Shown here piece by piece: positions 1-10,428 of a stretch of 32,000 nucleotides of DNA. Numbering within the stretch: the stretch's first letter is position 1; each line of letters begins with the position of its first letter. Origin of the DNA: Candidatus Saccharimonadota bacterium. Lineage in GTDB: Bacteria > Patescibacteriota > Saccharimonadia > Saccharimonadales > Saccharimonadaceae. The notes beneath the pieces are model-generated. The model did no database searches. It was not told the DNA's origin and saw only the letters and a list, made by a program, of their open reading frames with translations. A program made the translations under genes and the position numbers. Location of the stretch: positions 270,001 through 302,000 of the forward strand of contig CP064995.1 in the NCBI GenBank assembly GCA_016700015.1, read 5' to 3'.

Positions 1-106
1 GGTTGTTGAGGCACTTGATAAGAAATATGCAGATTTCCATGATTCATCAGCCGAAGTTGCATCGCGTGATCAGCTGGTCAATAAAAAGACGGTACGAAGA
101 GGGTAG
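1..106 (+). CDS. 3' end of an upstream CDS cut by the window edge (product unknown)
   Basis: Frame 2 is open from the window edge to TAG at 104-106 (...[34 protein letters not shown]). It is too short for the ORF track and I recognise no homology. Confidence 0.3.
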   Translation, partial: VVEALDKKYADFHDSSAEVASRDQLVNKKTVRRG

Positions 107-120
107 CGTATAATAAAAAG

Positions 121-2091
121 GTGAATCAATTTCGCCTTTATTCCAAGTACCAGCCTACTGGCGATCAGCCCACAGCGATTGCTCAGCTTGTTGAAGGTCT
201 CGCGAATGGCGAACATGAGCAGACGCTACTTGGTGTGACGGGCAGCGGAAAAACATTCACAATGGCAAATATTATTGCAAATCGCAATGTTCCGACGCTG
301 ATACTTGCCCATAACAAAACACTCGCTGCACAATTGTTCGGTGAATTTAAATCATTTTTTCCAGACAACGAAGTCCACTATTTTGTCAGCTATTTTGATT
401 ACTACCAGCCCGAAGCCTACATTGCCAGCAGTGATACCTACATTGAAAAAGACTCGGCGATCAACGAAGAAATTGACCGATTGCGTCATGCTGCGACCAG
501 TGCCTTGCTAACGCGAAGAGACGTTATTATTGTGGCCAGCGTCAGCTGCATCTATGGTATTGGTTCACCCGATGATTATGCCGACATGTCGATAACAGTT
601 CGTCGCGGTGAACGCCGTGTTCGGGACAAATTTATTCGCCAGCTTACAGACATTCAATATCATCGTAATGACATCGATTTCGCTCGTGGTACGTTTAGGG
701 TACGCGGCGATGTTGTTGACGTATTTCCGGCTGGTCGTGACACGGCGTATCGACTTGAGTTTTACGGCGATGATATTGATCGTATTACAACTATCGACCC
801 GCTAACTGGCGAAATTCTTGACGAGCCTGAAGAGTGTAAAATCTTTCCGAGTAGTCACTATGTGACGCCGCGCGACAAAGTAGCACGAGCAATTGAAGGA
901 ATTCGTAAAGAATTCGAAGAACGAATGGCGTGGTTTGAGCAGCACGACAAGCTGCTGGAGGCGCAGCGGCTTGCACAGCGCACGAAATTTGACCTTGAGA
1001 TGCTCGAAGAGACAGGTTTTGTGAAAGGAATTGAGAACTACAGTCGCTACCTGACTAACCGTGAACCTGGTGAACAGCCAGCAACACTCCTTGATTATTT
1101 CCCGGATGATTTTTTGTTATTTGTTGATGAAAGCCACGTCACACTGCCGCAAGTTCGTGGCATGTACAATGGTGATCGCGCGCGCAAGGAAGTACTGGTT
1201 GACTACGGGTTTCGGCTGCCAAGTGCACTTGATAATCGTCCGCTAAGGTTTGATGAGTTTGAAAAACACGTGAATCAAGTGGTTTATGTGTCGGCCACAC
1301 CGAGTGATTACGAGCTGCAGCATAGCCCGCCTCCTGCACAGCAAATTATCCGTCCAACTGGTTTGCTTGACCCGGCGATTACTGTCAAGCCGATTCATGG
1401 TCAAATCGATGATCTGATTGCGGAGATTAGAGATCGAACAGCCAAACACCAGCGTGTACTCGTGACCACACTCACCAAGCGCATGGCGGAAGACCTTAGC
1501 GCCCACCTTATCGATCTGGGCATGAAAACAGCCTATATTCATAGCGACATCGATACGCTCGAACGTGGTGACATCCTACGCGATCTACGTATGGGTACCT
1601 ACGACGTACTCGTCGGTATTAATCTATTACGCGAAGGGCTCGACCTTCCGGAAGTCAGCCTAGTGGCGATTTTAGACGCTGATAAAGAAGGATTTTTGCG
1701 GAGCGAAGGCGCGCTCATACAGACGATCGGCCGTGCGGCCAGGCATGTTGAGGGTGGTGTAATTATGTATGCTGACCAGGTAACGGGCAGTATGCAGCGT
1801 GCAATTGACGAAACCAACCGTCGTCGAAGTATACAGCAAGCCTACAATGAATCGCACGGTATTACGCCGCGCGGCGTCGACAAAGCAATCGATGAAGGCT
1901 TGCGATCAATTATCCCTCAAAAAGAAGACGTGAAAGAAAAATTAAATCTCAACAAGATACCGAAGGATGAGTATGCGGCGCTCGTGAAAGACCTAAAGGG
2001 GCAAATGGACTTGGCAAGTGCCAATCTCGAATTCGAGCGTGCTGCCGAACTTCGCGATTTGATCGCTGAAATAAAGGTAAAAATGAAATGA
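121..2091 (+). CDS. uvrB: Excinuclease ABC subunit B (UvrB)
   Basis: 656 aa. N-terminus [11 protein letters not shown], Walker A GVTGSGKT, helicase motifs ([22 protein letters not shown]) and a C-terminal UVR domain ([12 protein letters not shown]). GTG start at 121. Confidence 0.95.
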   Translation: MNQFRLYSKYQPTGDQPTAIAQLVEGLANGEHEQTLLGVTGSGKTFTMANIIANRNVPTLILAHNKTLAAQLFGEFKSFFPDNEVHYFVSYFDYYQPEAYIASSDTYIEKDSAINEEIDRLRHAATSALLTRRDVIIVASVSCIYGIGSPDDYADMSITVRRGERRVRDKFIRQLTDIQYHRNDIDFARGTFRVRGDVVDVFPAGRDTAYRLEFYGDDIDRITTIDPLTGEILDEPEECKIFPSSHYVTPRDKVARAIEGIRKEFEERMAWFEQHDKLLEAQRLAQRTKFDLEMLEETGFVKGIENYSRYLTNREPGEQPATLLDYFPDDFLLFVDESHVTLPQVRGMYNGDRARKEVLVDYGFRLPSALDNRPLRFDEFEKHVNQVVYVSATPSDYELQHSPPPAQQIIRPTGLLDPAITVKPIHGQIDDLIAEIRDRTAKHQRVLVTTLTKRMAEDLSAHLIDLGMKTAYIHSDIDTLERGDILRDLRMGTYDVLVGINLLREGLDLPEVSLVAILDADKEGFLRSEGALIQTIGRAARHVEGGVIMYADQVTGSMQRAIDETNRRRSIQQAYNESHGITPRGVDKAIDEGLRSIIPQKEDVKEKLNLNKIPKDEYAALVKDLKGQMDLASANLEFERAAELRDLIAEIKVKMK

Positions 2092-2915
2092 ACCATCTTT
2101 CCGTGGTGACGTGGAATGCAGAAGGAATGTTTGTAGATGGCACAAAAACGAAACGAGCAAACCCTCATGATGCGCTACGTGTCATTCGGGAGCTCGATGC
2201 TGATATCATTGTTATCCCCGAATTTGGCAATCTCGCGGGATTACGTGATGAAATTCGTACGACCATCCAATCACTAGGCTATCAGATCGCTTCTTCGATG
2301 TATCATGATGCCAGAGTGCCGGACCTCGGTTTTGTTATCTTGAGCAGGCTACCGATTATTGCCGAACACACCCACTCACTTGCGGTGACGGGGCGAACAT
2401 TCCTTGAACTTGTGTGCAAAGACCCGCAGAACAACCATCTAAGGATAATCGGCGTGCACCTCGATGATCGCGGCGAGGCAATCCGCATGAAGCAGGTAGG
2501 TGGTGTTGTGAGCGTTATCAACCAAGATAACACCATCCCGACGCTCCTCGTCGGCGATATGAATGCGATGCATGAAACATCGCAGTTTGCCGCATTTGTG
2601 CGATCGAAGCTGGCTCGGAGTATTGTCAGGCGAGTTAAGCACGAGCAAATTGCTCGGGTTGCATCGGCCGTTCAGGATATGGCGATGGGAACAACGATTG
2701 CCTATTTATTGAAAGAAACAACACTGCATGATCTCGACACAAAGAACAGGCGGACGATCAGCGGTAAACAGCGTGGTCTTGAGTGGATTCCAGCAGTGCG
2801 TCTTGCTAAAATTGACTGGATATTTGGATCAAAACAGTTTCGTACGCTCAGCTACCGCATCATGCGTGATGTTGGGTCAGACCACCGGCCAGTACTTGCA
2901 AAAATACAATATTGA
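2088..2915 (+). CDS. Endonuclease/exonuclease/phosphatase (EEP) family protein
   Basis: 275 aa. VVTWNAEG at the N-terminus, GDMNA in the middle and SDHRPV at the C-terminus are the EEP fold signatures. The ATG overlaps the uvrB stop (ATGA), suggesting translational coupling. Confidence 0.85.
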   Translation: MNHLSVVTWNAEGMFVDGTKTKRANPHDALRVIRELDADIIVIPEFGNLAGLRDEIRTTIQSLGYQIASSMYHDARVPDLGFVILSRLPIIAEHTHSLAVTGRTFLELVCKDPQNNHLRIIGVHLDDRGEAIRMKQVGGVVSVINQDNTIPTLLVGDMNAMHETSQFAAFVRSKLARSIVRRVKHEQIARVASAVQDMAMGTTIAYLLKETTLHDLDTKNRRTISGKQRGLEWIPAVRLAKIDWIFGSKQFRTLSYRIMRDVGSDHRPVLAKIQY

Positions 2916-2922
2916 CACAGTA

Positions 2923-2951
2923 TTGCATAAAATAAAATTCTCTTGTATCAT
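2923..2951 (+). promoter_or_regulatory. Putative sigma70-type promoter for the 3015 ORF
   Basis: TTGCAT (2923-2928), a 17-nt spacer, then TATCAT (2946-2951). A GGTGA SD-like motif lies 7 nt before GTG 3015. Confidence 0.4.
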
Positions 2952-3014
2952 ATGCAATAATCCCACATTGTCTATGTGGATAGCACCTACTATGCGAGAG
3001 GATGGTGATGGCAT

Positions 3015-3689
3015 GTGTCAGCCGAAGAGCTCGCGCAGCTGGAAGCAGATGTAAAGGCTGCCGAGTGGCGCATGCTTGATGCGCGCTGGCGTGTTAGGAG
3101 AGCCCGAGATGGTATCAGTGAATTACGTGTGCGGCTGAGGGAGCTGAATACAGAAGAGCAAGAGCTCCAGGCTTTGCACAATCAGCTGGATAACCACAGG
3201 TTGTCGGCGCATCGATCACGTCGCTGGAGCAAAGCTGCTCAGAAAAAGCGACGTCGTGATGCGATTGGCGACAAAAAGGCCATCGTTCGCAACGAGCGTC
3301 GTACTATAGAAGCACATATTGAGCGCATCAATGCGCAGGCCGAGGGTCTGAAGCAAGAACTTCACCTGGCTCATTTGGAGCGCACCCATGCCCAGAGACG
3401 GCACTTGTGGCTCAGGGCACTTGCAGGTGTCGAAGATGCCGACGGAAGAGCCGCTAAGCTTTTATATATGCGAACTGCCAAGCTAGGAGCACTCGCGCCC
3501 GAAGCGGTGTGGGTGTATACAGTTGGCGGCCCGCAGAATGTCACCGAAGTTCACTTGTTCTACGGTGGCGGTATATCACCGCTTGGCCCCACCCCGTCAC
3601 CAGACGGAGCCGGCCACGGACATCATATTCTCCGACGAAATAAGGACGGTAAACTCTCCCTCGACTACAAACGGTTACCAAGCCGATAG
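3015..3689 (+). CDS. Hypothetical Arg-rich coiled-coil protein
   Basis: 224-aa ORF with a GTG start. The N-terminal ~140 aa are heptad-like and R/K/E/Q-rich. The C-terminal ~80 aa look globular (VWVYTVGG...LFYGGGISPLGP). No family recognised. GC is patchy and above backbone (65% and 50% in two sampled lines). Confidence 0.6.
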   Translation: MSAEELAQLEADVKAAEWRMLDARWRVRRARDGISELRVRLRELNTEEQELQALHNQLDNHRLSAHRSRRWSKAAQKKRRRDAIGDKKAIVRNERRTIEAHIERINAQAEGLKQELHLAHLERTHAQRRHLWLRALAGVEDADGRAAKLLYMRTAKLGALAPEAVWVYTVGGPQNVTEVHLFYGGGISPLGPTPSPDGAGHGHHILRRNKDGKLSLDYKRLPSR

Positions 3690-3697
3690 GTAGGCTG

Positions 3698-3743
3698 GCC
3701 CCATGCCCTCGTGTTAATAACACGGAGGGGGTGGGGCTTTATT
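3698..3743 (+). terminator. Intrinsic terminator hairpin between convergent genes
   Basis: GGCCCCATGCCCTCGTGTT / AACACGGAGGGGGTGGGGC forms an imperfect long stem, followed by TTTATT on the + strand. It abuts the stop of the minus-strand GH13 gene. Confidence 0.5.
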
Positions 3744-5505
3744 CTTGAGAAAATATATAGACACAGTAGCCAGGAATGGGCAGTGTCACATTACCTACGT
3801 CGTCGGTCACAACTGTTTCAATGTGCTCGCCTTCGAAATCGGCACTATAGCCCGTCCATGAACTATTGAAGCGCACATTCCACACGCCATTTTTGGGTAA
3901 ATGCAGCGTGTAAGAATCAAAACCATCACGATTAAAATTCGCAATCACTATCGTGTCGTCACCACTCCCTCCGGTGCTCCATCGGTGATAGCCAATAATA
4001 TTGTTGTGTTCGTCGCGGTGGAATAGTGATACAGACCCGCCCAGGAGCCCAGAGCTCGTGCCCGTAAGGTCCCGTCGCAAGTGTATGAGGTCTCGATGGG
4101 CAGCAACGATGCCGCTGAATTTTTCGGTCTTTTGCCAGTCAAGCATTTGCCAATCATTGAATGCGCCTTCCTGCATAAATTCTTGGCCTTGTAGCAGCAT
4201 AGGAATGCCAGGTGAGGTAAGGGTGATGGCGCTGGCGAGCAATAGGCGCTTCCGCGCGAGCACACTGCCTGGGTGCTTGGGAGTGATTGCTGCCGTGATC
4301 CTGGTTGAACCATTGGCGGCTGTATCGTGCGAGTCACTAAAAATAATCTTTTCGAAAGCATTGCCGTTGTAGTAGTGGTAAAGTTCATGCGTAAAGTCGA
4401 CAGGCTCGCCAGTACCAAGGCCGATGAGTTGCCGTATGGCATGGGGAAACACAATGCCCCATTGGGCGTCAAAGCCGCAGCCGTCGTACTCGCGCGGCTT
4501 GGTGAGGTATTCATTGGTTGAGACATCTTCGGCAATCATAATAGCACCAGGACGAACTTTATGGGCGATGGAAGTGATTTCTTGCATTAGGCTCCAGGCG
4601 TCGCCGATATCATGCGGTGGGTCATCGTTGTAGCCTTTGGTATTGCGCATATACGCCGTGCTATCGAGCCGTAGTCCATCAACACGGAACTCACTGAACC
4701 ACATAACAACATTGTCGAGCAGGAACTGCCGAACTTCTGCACGGCCGTAGTCCGGCCTGGCGCCCCATGGCGTATCGCCGCGCTCATCATTATAAAAATA
4801 TATACCGCCGCGGTCATTTTCGTACCAGCCATCATAGCGCCATAGGTCGCTACTCATAAAATGGTTATAGACAACATCGATAATCACACCGATACCGCGC
4901 TGGTGACAAGCTTTCACAAATTCCATTAGCCCGTGCCGGCCGCCATATGCTGTCTCAATCGAAAAGATATCGCTGGTATTGTATCCCCAGCCATTACTAA
5001 ATGTCATGCTCGTGACGGGCATAAGTTCCACCATATTAATGCCGAGATCGCGTAAATAATCGAGCTTTTCAATAGCATCATAGAACGTACCCTGGGTTGC
5101 TTCATCTTTACGATTAAATGTTCCTATGTGAAGTTCATAAAGAACCTGTTGCTCTTTTGGCACGGGCATAAACACATCATCACCCCACTCAAAGTCGGTT
5201 GCGGCAATTACCGACACGCCATTTTCTGACGACGTGAGCATGCGTCCGCGCGGGTCATTGCGCTGCAGTAGTTCGTGCCCGGTGTCAATCAGGAATTTGT
5301 AATTCTGGCCAGCCTCTGCGGTTTTAACGAATACCGACCAATAGCCGTCATTTTCGTTCAACATATCATGCACGTTACTGCCGTCGTACACGCCCAAAAA
5401 CGGCACCATCAGCTTGACATTTGTCGCAAACGGCGCCCAAACGCGAAATTCAGCTCCATCGGCGTGAAGCGTCACTCCCAGCTTTTTCTTAACCTGATGG
5501 CTCAT
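3739..5505 (-). CDS. GH13 alpha-amylase-family enzyme with an N-terminal E-set/CBM48-like domain (GlgB/TreZ-like glucan branching or debranching type)
   Basis: GH13 conserved regions are present: GVIIDVVYNH, FRVDGLRLDSTAY, IAEDVS, FSDSHD. The N-terminus is FRVWAP. I prefer ATG 5505 (MSHQVKKK) over the ORF-track GTG 5571, because TTGCGT-16-CATAAT sits 9 nt upstream of 5505 and 5571 would leave only 38 bp to gatC. Confidence 0.85.
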   Translation of the reverse strand: MSHQVKKKLGVTLHADGAEFRVWAPFATNVKLMVPFLGVYDGSNVHDMLNENDGYWSVFVKTAEAGQNYKFLIDTGHELLQRNDPRGRMLTSSENGVSVIAATDFEWGDDVFMPVPKEQQVLYELHIGTFNRKDEATQGTFYDAIEKLDYLRDLGINMVELMPVTSMTFSNGWGYNTSDIFSIETAYGGRHGLMEFVKACHQRGIGVIIDVVYNHFMSSDLWRYDGWYENDRGGIYFYNDERGDTPWGARPDYGRAEVRQFLLDNVVMWFSEFRVDGLRLDSTAYMRNTKGYNDDPPHDIGDAWSLMQEITSIAHKVRPGAIMIAEDVSTNEYLTKPREYDGCGFDAQWGIVFPHAIRQLIGLGTGEPVDFTHELYHYYNGNAFEKIIFSDSHDTAANGSTRITAAITPKHPGSVLARKRLLLASAITLTSPGIPMLLQGQEFMQEGAFNDWQMLDWQKTEKFSGIVAAHRDLIHLRRDLTGTSSGLLGGSVSLFHRDEHNNIIGYHRWSTGGSGDDTIVIANFNRDGFDSYTLHLPKNGVWNVRFNSSWTGYSADFEGEHIETVVTDDVGNVTLPIPGYCVYIFSQE

Positions 5506-5609
5506 CTGGCTTCTATTATGAAGCATGAGCAGTATTACGCAAGTCCCGCTTGATAAGGTTGTATGGAGCACTGTATTTCTGTACTGAAATAAGCTATAAT
5601 ATTTAGTTA

Positions 5610-5903
5610 ATGAGCACGATTACTAGCGACGATGTGCGCCACTTGGCGCAGCTCTCAAACTTGCAGCTTAGTGACGAAGAAGTTGCGGACTTGCAGGTCG
5701 ATCTTGGCAATATTTTGAACTACATTAACCAACTGAGTCAGCTCGACACAACAGGGGTTGAACCGACCTACCAGGTGACTGGGCTTGAAAATGTATGGCG
5801 TGAAGACAAAGTCGCCCAAGGTAACGTGCCACGCGAGCAGTTACTTGCACTCGCTCCTGACCAGCAAGATGGCAGTGTGAAAGTTCCGCAGGTGCTTTCA
5901 TGA
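5610..5903 (+). CDS. gatC: Asp/Glu-tRNA amidotransferase subunit C
   Basis: 97 aa. VRHLAQLSNLQLSDEE...L..IL.Y...L is typical GatC. It overlaps the gatA start (ATGA). Confidence 0.9.
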   Translation: MSTITSDDVRHLAQLSNLQLSDEEVADLQVDLGNILNYINQLSQLDTTGVEPTYQVTGLENVWREDKVAQGNVPREQLLALAPDQQDGSVKVPQVLS

Positions 5904-7306
5904 GCATCGCCGCTATCGTACAGCGTGTTAAAGCCGGCCAATCATCGGCTCGGGCTGAAGTTGAAGCGGCGTTGGCACGCGCGAAAGAAAATAGTGATTA
6001 CCATGCGCTACTCGCGCTTACCGAAAAACGCGCCCTTGAACGAGCCGATGAAATTGATGCAGCACTACAGGCTGGCAAACATGCGGGCAAACTCGCTGGC
6101 GTACCATTTGTCGTCAAAGACAACTACTTAGCCTTCGGCGCGCCAACAACTGCAGCCAGCAAAATCCTCGAAAACTTTATGAGTCCCGTGCAGGCAACTG
6201 TTGTTGAAAAGCTAGAGGCTGAAGGGGCGATTTGTATTGGCAAATCTAATCTTGATGCTTTCGCTCACGGCGGCAGCACTGAAAATTCCGCGTATGGTGT
6301 CACAAAAAATGCAGTCGACATGAGTAAAGTGGCTGGTGGTAGTAGCGGCGGTTCGGCAGTTGTAACAGCGCTCAATATTGTACCGTTTGCACTTGGCAGC
6401 GATACGGGGGGCAGTATTCGACAGCCAGCTAGTTTTAATGGAATATATGGCATGAAGCCAACCTATGGTATGAGCAGCCGCTACGGTGTGGTGGCGATGG
6501 CGAGCAGTACGGACGTTATGGGATGCTTTACGACATGTGCCGAAGATGCTGCATTGGTGCTGAGTATCATGGCGGGACGTGACGACAAAGATATGACGAC
6601 GCTGCCTGACTATTTTTTACCAATAACTAATGTACCATCCCGACTAAAAATTGGCGTTGTGAAAGAAACCATGGGCGACGATGTCGACGAAGAAGTCCGA
6701 CAAGTTACCACAGACTATATTAGTCGTCTCAAAGCAGCTGGTCACGAAGTCGAAGAAGTCAGTATGCCGCTCGCTCCTATGGCGCTCGCTATGTATTACA
6801 TCATCGTGCCGGCTGAAGTGTGCAGTAACTTGGCGCGCTACGACGGCGTGCGCTACGGTCGACGTGCAGAAGGCGTAAAAACACTTGCCGAATTGTATGG
6901 GCGCTCACGCGACGAAGGCTTTGTTACCGAGAACAAGCGCCGCATTATGATCGGAAGTTACGTGCTCAGTAGCGGCTACTTCGATGCCTATTACTTGCAG
7001 GCGCAAAAAGCCCGCACACTGCTCATCGAGTCGTTCAATGAACTATTTAAAACATATGATTTTCTTATTACGCCTACAGCGCCTACACCAGCTTTTGGTA
7101 TTGGCGAAAATACCAGTGACCCGATAAAAATGTACCTTTCCGACGTGATGACAGTACCAGCCAGCCTAGCTGGCATCCCGGCTCTGAGCGTTCCGGCTGG
7201 AGTTAGTAAAGACGGGCTTCCGATCGGCGTACAACTAATCGCACCCATGAAAGCCGACGCCGCACTTCTGGCACTAGCCGCTAGCATGGAGGAAATTCAT
7301 GGATAA
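5900..7306 (+). CDS. gatA: Asp/Glu-tRNA amidotransferase subunit A
   Basis: 468 aa with the amidase signature GGSSGGSAVVTA...GSDTGGSIRQPA. Confidence 0.95.
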   Translation: MSIAAIVQRVKAGQSSARAEVEAALARAKENSDYHALLALTEKRALERADEIDAALQAGKHAGKLAGVPFVVKDNYLAFGAPTTAASKILENFMSPVQATVVEKLEAEGAICIGKSNLDAFAHGGSTENSAYGVTKNAVDMSKVAGGSSGGSAVVTALNIVPFALGSDTGGSIRQPASFNGIYGMKPTYGMSSRYGVVAMASSTDVMGCFTTCAEDAALVLSIMAGRDDKDMTTLPDYFLPITNVPSRLKIGVVKETMGDDVDEEVRQVTTDYISRLKAAGHEVEEVSMPLAPMALAMYYIIVPAEVCSNLARYDGVRYGRRAEGVKTLAELYGRSRDEGFVTENKRRIMIGSYVLSSGYFDAYYLQAQKARTLLIESFNELFKTYDFLITPTAPTPAFGIGENTSDPIKMYLSDVMTVPASLAGIPALSVPAGVSKDGLPIGVQLIAPMKADAALLALAASMEEIHG

Positions 7307-7721
7307 TACCGCACTATTATTGCTCCTTGCTGCCGTACTGCTGGTTGCTGTTATTGGGGTTGTAGTACTAGTGTTTTCGGCAAAAAATGGGCCGAAACTT
7401 CAGGTGGCGAAATATCAGACGAAATGGCTCGCAATTGAAAATAGTATTGACCGCGAAACGCCAGCGACACATCAATTGGCAATACTCCAAGCCGATAAGC
7501 TACTCGACCAAGCACTTCGTGAGCGCCGTTTCAAGGGCACGACGATGGGCGAGCGCATGAAGTCGGCTAATAGTGTATGGAAGAATGCAAACCATGTGTG
7601 GAACGCCCACAAAATCCGCAATCAACTAGCTCATGAACCAGATGCTCACGTGACCTACGACATAACACTCCGTGCGCTCAGTGCCTATAAACAAGCGCTG
7701 AAGGATATGGGGGCAATATGA
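7299..7721 (+). CDS. Hypothetical single-pass membrane protein embedded in the gat operon
   Basis: 140 aa with an N-terminal TM helix (LLLLLAAVLLVAVIGVVVLVF). The start overlaps the gatA stop by 8 nt and the stop overlaps the gatB start (ATGA). Confidence 0.75.
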   Translation: MDNTALLLLLAAVLLVAVIGVVVLVFSAKNGPKLQVAKYQTKWLAIENSIDRETPATHQLAILQADKLLDQALRERRFKGTTMGERMKSANSVWKNANHVWNAHKIRNQLAHEPDAHVTYDITLRALSAYKQALKDMGAI

Positions 7722-9175
7722 CCGACGACGTACTAGCAACGTACGAAATGACCATTGGCATAGAATGCCATGTTCAGCTTGCGACCGCATCGAAACTATT
7801 TAGTCCTGCCGATAATGACGCACGTGATAAAGAACCAAATACCTGTGTCCACCCAATTGATTATGGGCTTCCCGGTATGTTGCCTATCCTCAACCGAGGA
7901 GCTATCGATCTTGCCATCAAAGCTGGCAAAGCCATGAATGCCGAAATTGCGCGGGTAAGTCGTTTTGACCGCAAGCACTATTTTTACCCCGATCTACCAA
8001 ACGGCTATCAGATTACCCAAATGTATCAACCGACTATTTTGGCAGGGTTTGTTGATGCTCCGCTCGAAGATTGCGGTAGCGTCCATGTGCGGATTCACCA
8101 TGCACACATCGAAGCCGATGCTGGTAAGCTGAGTCACTATAATGGCTATAGCTTAGTTGACCTTAATCGAGCCGGTACGCCACTGATTGAGATTGTGAGC
8201 GAGCCCGACATGCACACAGCCGCCGAAGCCAAAGCCTATGCGACGGAGCTGTACCGCCTCATGACATATGCGGGTGTGACACACGGTGATTTATACCATG
8301 GCAATATGCGTTTTGACGTCAATATTAGCGTGGCACCAAAAGGTAGTCGTGAGCTTGGCAAGCGTGCCGAAGTAAAAAATCTCAACAGTTTCCGTAGCGT
8401 CGAGCGCGCTGCAGAATACGAATTTCGCCGCCAGGTTGAGCTACTCGAAAAGGGTGAGCGTGTCGTACAAGAAACGCGTGGCTGGAATGATGCCAGGCAG
8501 ATCACGACAAGTCAGCGCAGCAAGGAAGATGCCCAGGATTATCGCTATATGCCCGACGCTGATATCCCTCCGATTGTACTGACAGATGAGGAAATAGCAC
8601 GTATTCAGGCTTATATTCCCACGTTGCCCCCCGTGTACCGTGACAAATGGGCTAGCCTTGAAGTCGATAAATCAGTCGTTACTTCGCTGCTAGCCAATCA
8701 AAACTACGCTCGCATTGTCACAGAAATACAAGAAAAAGCCGGCGACGCTGTCGCCAGACGCGTGGCGCACTGGTTCGCTAGTGCGCTCGGACAAATTGAC
8801 GCAGAAGACGCGACACCTGTCGACGTAAGTTCTCCCTATGTGTCCGTCGACGATCTGATCGAGCTTGCAACAATGACAGACGACGATCAATTGAGCAGCA
8901 CAGCTGCACGTGAAGTATTTACAGAACTGTTGACAGGTGCCGAAAACCCACGAGCGATTGCTGAAGCCAAAAACCTGCTACAGGTGAGCGACGAAAATGC
9001 TGTCGCGGCGATTGTCGATGAGGTGCTGCAAGACCCATCTTCGACCGCAAGTATCGCCGATATTAAAGCTGGTAAAGACAAAGCTATCGGCTATCTCGTA
9101 GGACAAGTGATGAAGAAATCACAGGGTAAGGCCAATCCGGCCCTGGCGCAAAAGCTAATTCGGGACAAAATATAG
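7718..9175 (+). CDS. gatB: Asp/Glu-tRNA amidotransferase subunit B
   Basis: 485 aa. GIECHVQL, KHYFYPDLP.GYQITQ, and a C-terminal GatB/YqeY domain (GYLVGQVMKKSQGKANP). Confidence 0.95.
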   Translation: MTDDVLATYEMTIGIECHVQLATASKLFSPADNDARDKEPNTCVHPIDYGLPGMLPILNRGAIDLAIKAGKAMNAEIARVSRFDRKHYFYPDLPNGYQITQMYQPTILAGFVDAPLEDCGSVHVRIHHAHIEADAGKLSHYNGYSLVDLNRAGTPLIEIVSEPDMHTAAEAKAYATELYRLMTYAGVTHGDLYHGNMRFDVNISVAPKGSRELGKRAEVKNLNSFRSVERAAEYEFRRQVELLEKGERVVQETRGWNDARQITTSQRSKEDAQDYRYMPDADIPPIVLTDEEIARIQAYIPTLPPVYRDKWASLEVDKSVVTSLLANQNYARIVTEIQEKAGDAVARRVAHWFASALGQIDAEDATPVDVSSPYVSVDDLIELATMTDDDQLSSTAAREVFTELLTGAENPRAIAEAKNLLQVSDENAVAAIVDEVLQDPSSTASIADIKAGKDKAIGYLVGQVMKKSQGKANPALAQKLIRDKI

Positions 9176-9183
9176 GAGTAGTC

Positions 9184-10089
9184 ATGCAACGACCAACTAA
9201 AGCAATCATCGCAGCAGCAGGTTTCGGCACGAGATTCTTGCCACAGACTAAGGCTATGCCTAAAGAAATGATGCCGATTATTGATAAGCCGATTATTCAA
9301 TATGTCGTAGAGGAGCTGGTCGAAGCGGGTATTAAAGATATTATTATCGTTGGAAGTAGTAATAAGCGTGCAATTGAAGATCACTTCGACCTGCCAAATG
9401 AGGACCTGCTCACCAACCTTCGGGCTGGCGGAGAGAAAAAGGAACCACTCATTACCATGGTAAATGAGCTGGCTGGGCTTGCTAACTTCATTTACATACG
9501 CCAAAAGGGTCCATACGGCAACGCGACGCCTATGCACTGCGCTGCGCACCTCATAGGTGCAGATGAGTCGTTCATTTATGCATTTGCCGACGATTTCATC
9601 AAAGCAACACCAACACGATTTAGCCAGATGATCGACGCACATATGGAGCTAGGCACTCCAATATTGACTTGCAAGGCAGTGCTTTCTGATGACGAATACG
9701 ATCGATACGGTATAGTTGCGGGAGAGACAATCAATGATGGAGTGATCAGAATGTCGACTATCGTTGAGCGCCCAGGAAAAGAGAATGCTCCCTCTGCCCT
9801 CGCATCAGTCAGCAGCTACTTGTTTACTGGCAAGATATTTGACTATATCGAGCGAGCGAACGCTGCGCATGACGGTAACGATGAGCTTAAGCTGCAACCA
9901 ATCGTCCAGCAAATGATTGATGACGGCTATACTCACCACGCGATAGAAATAAAAAATGGGCACTACTATGATACTGGTGACAAGCTGGAGTATATAAAAA
10001 CAGTTTTAGACTTTGGGCTTGAGCATCCAGAGCTCGGACCATCGCTCCGTACATATATCAATAGCAAAACTATGCATCAAAGTGAATAA
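9184..10089 (+). CDS. galU: UTP--glucose-1-phosphate uridylyltransferase
   Basis: 301 aa. AIIAAAGFGTRFLPQTKAMPKEMMPIIDKPIIQY is the GalU signature. An AGGAG SD lies upstream. Confidence 0.9.
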   Translation: MQRPTKAIIAAAGFGTRFLPQTKAMPKEMMPIIDKPIIQYVVEELVEAGIKDIIIVGSSNKRAIEDHFDLPNEDLLTNLRAGGEKKEPLITMVNELAGLANFIYIRQKGPYGNATPMHCAAHLIGADESFIYAFADDFIKATPTRFSQMIDAHMELGTPILTCKAVLSDDEYDRYGIVAGETINDGVIRMSTIVERPGKENAPSALASVSSYLFTGKIFDYIERANAAHDGNDELKLQPIVQQMIDDGYTHHAIEIKNGHYYDTGDKLEYIKTVLDFGLEHPELGPSLRTYINSKTMHQSE

Positions 10090-10172
10090 TTTCACATGAC
10101 TTGCCGTGTAAAGATGTATACTAGTAATGAGCCGCGAGTAACGGCGGCAAACATAAACGGAGTGTAATAGCT

Positions 10173-10412
10173 ATGGAATGGGCAATGGTCCTCGTCATTA
10201 TTCTGTCGGTATTTTTGGCATTGTTTTTAGCTTTGGCGATCGTGCTGGTGGTGTTGTTAATTAAAATCACTCGGCAGATCAAATCTGTCACTTCCGCCGC
10301 TGAGCGGACTGCACTCAAGTTTGAGAGTGCGGCTAGTAACGCTGCGGCATTTTCGTCGCCACTGGCGATCGCGAAACTGTTCAAGTCATTTGTAAGCAAT
10401 CGTAAAAAATAA
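10173..10412 (+). CDS. Small membrane protein, DUF948/YtxG-like
   Basis: 79 aa with an N-terminal TM then a helical tail. It sits directly upstream of a YtxH-like gene, the same order as the Bacillus ytxG-ytxH pair. Confidence 0.6.
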   Translation: MEWAMVLVIILSVFLALFLALAIVLVVLLIKITRQIKSVTSAAERTALKFESAASNAAAFSSPLAIAKLFKSFVSNRKK

Positions 10413-10428
10413 GAGAAGGAGACACTAT

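Noticed and set aside
3948-4535. 195-aa ORF inside the GH13 gene, plus long antisense ORFs in galU (9091-9642) and pilB (17732-18310)
   Set aside because: They overlap well-supported conserved CDSs in other frames and have no start signals or recognisable motifs.
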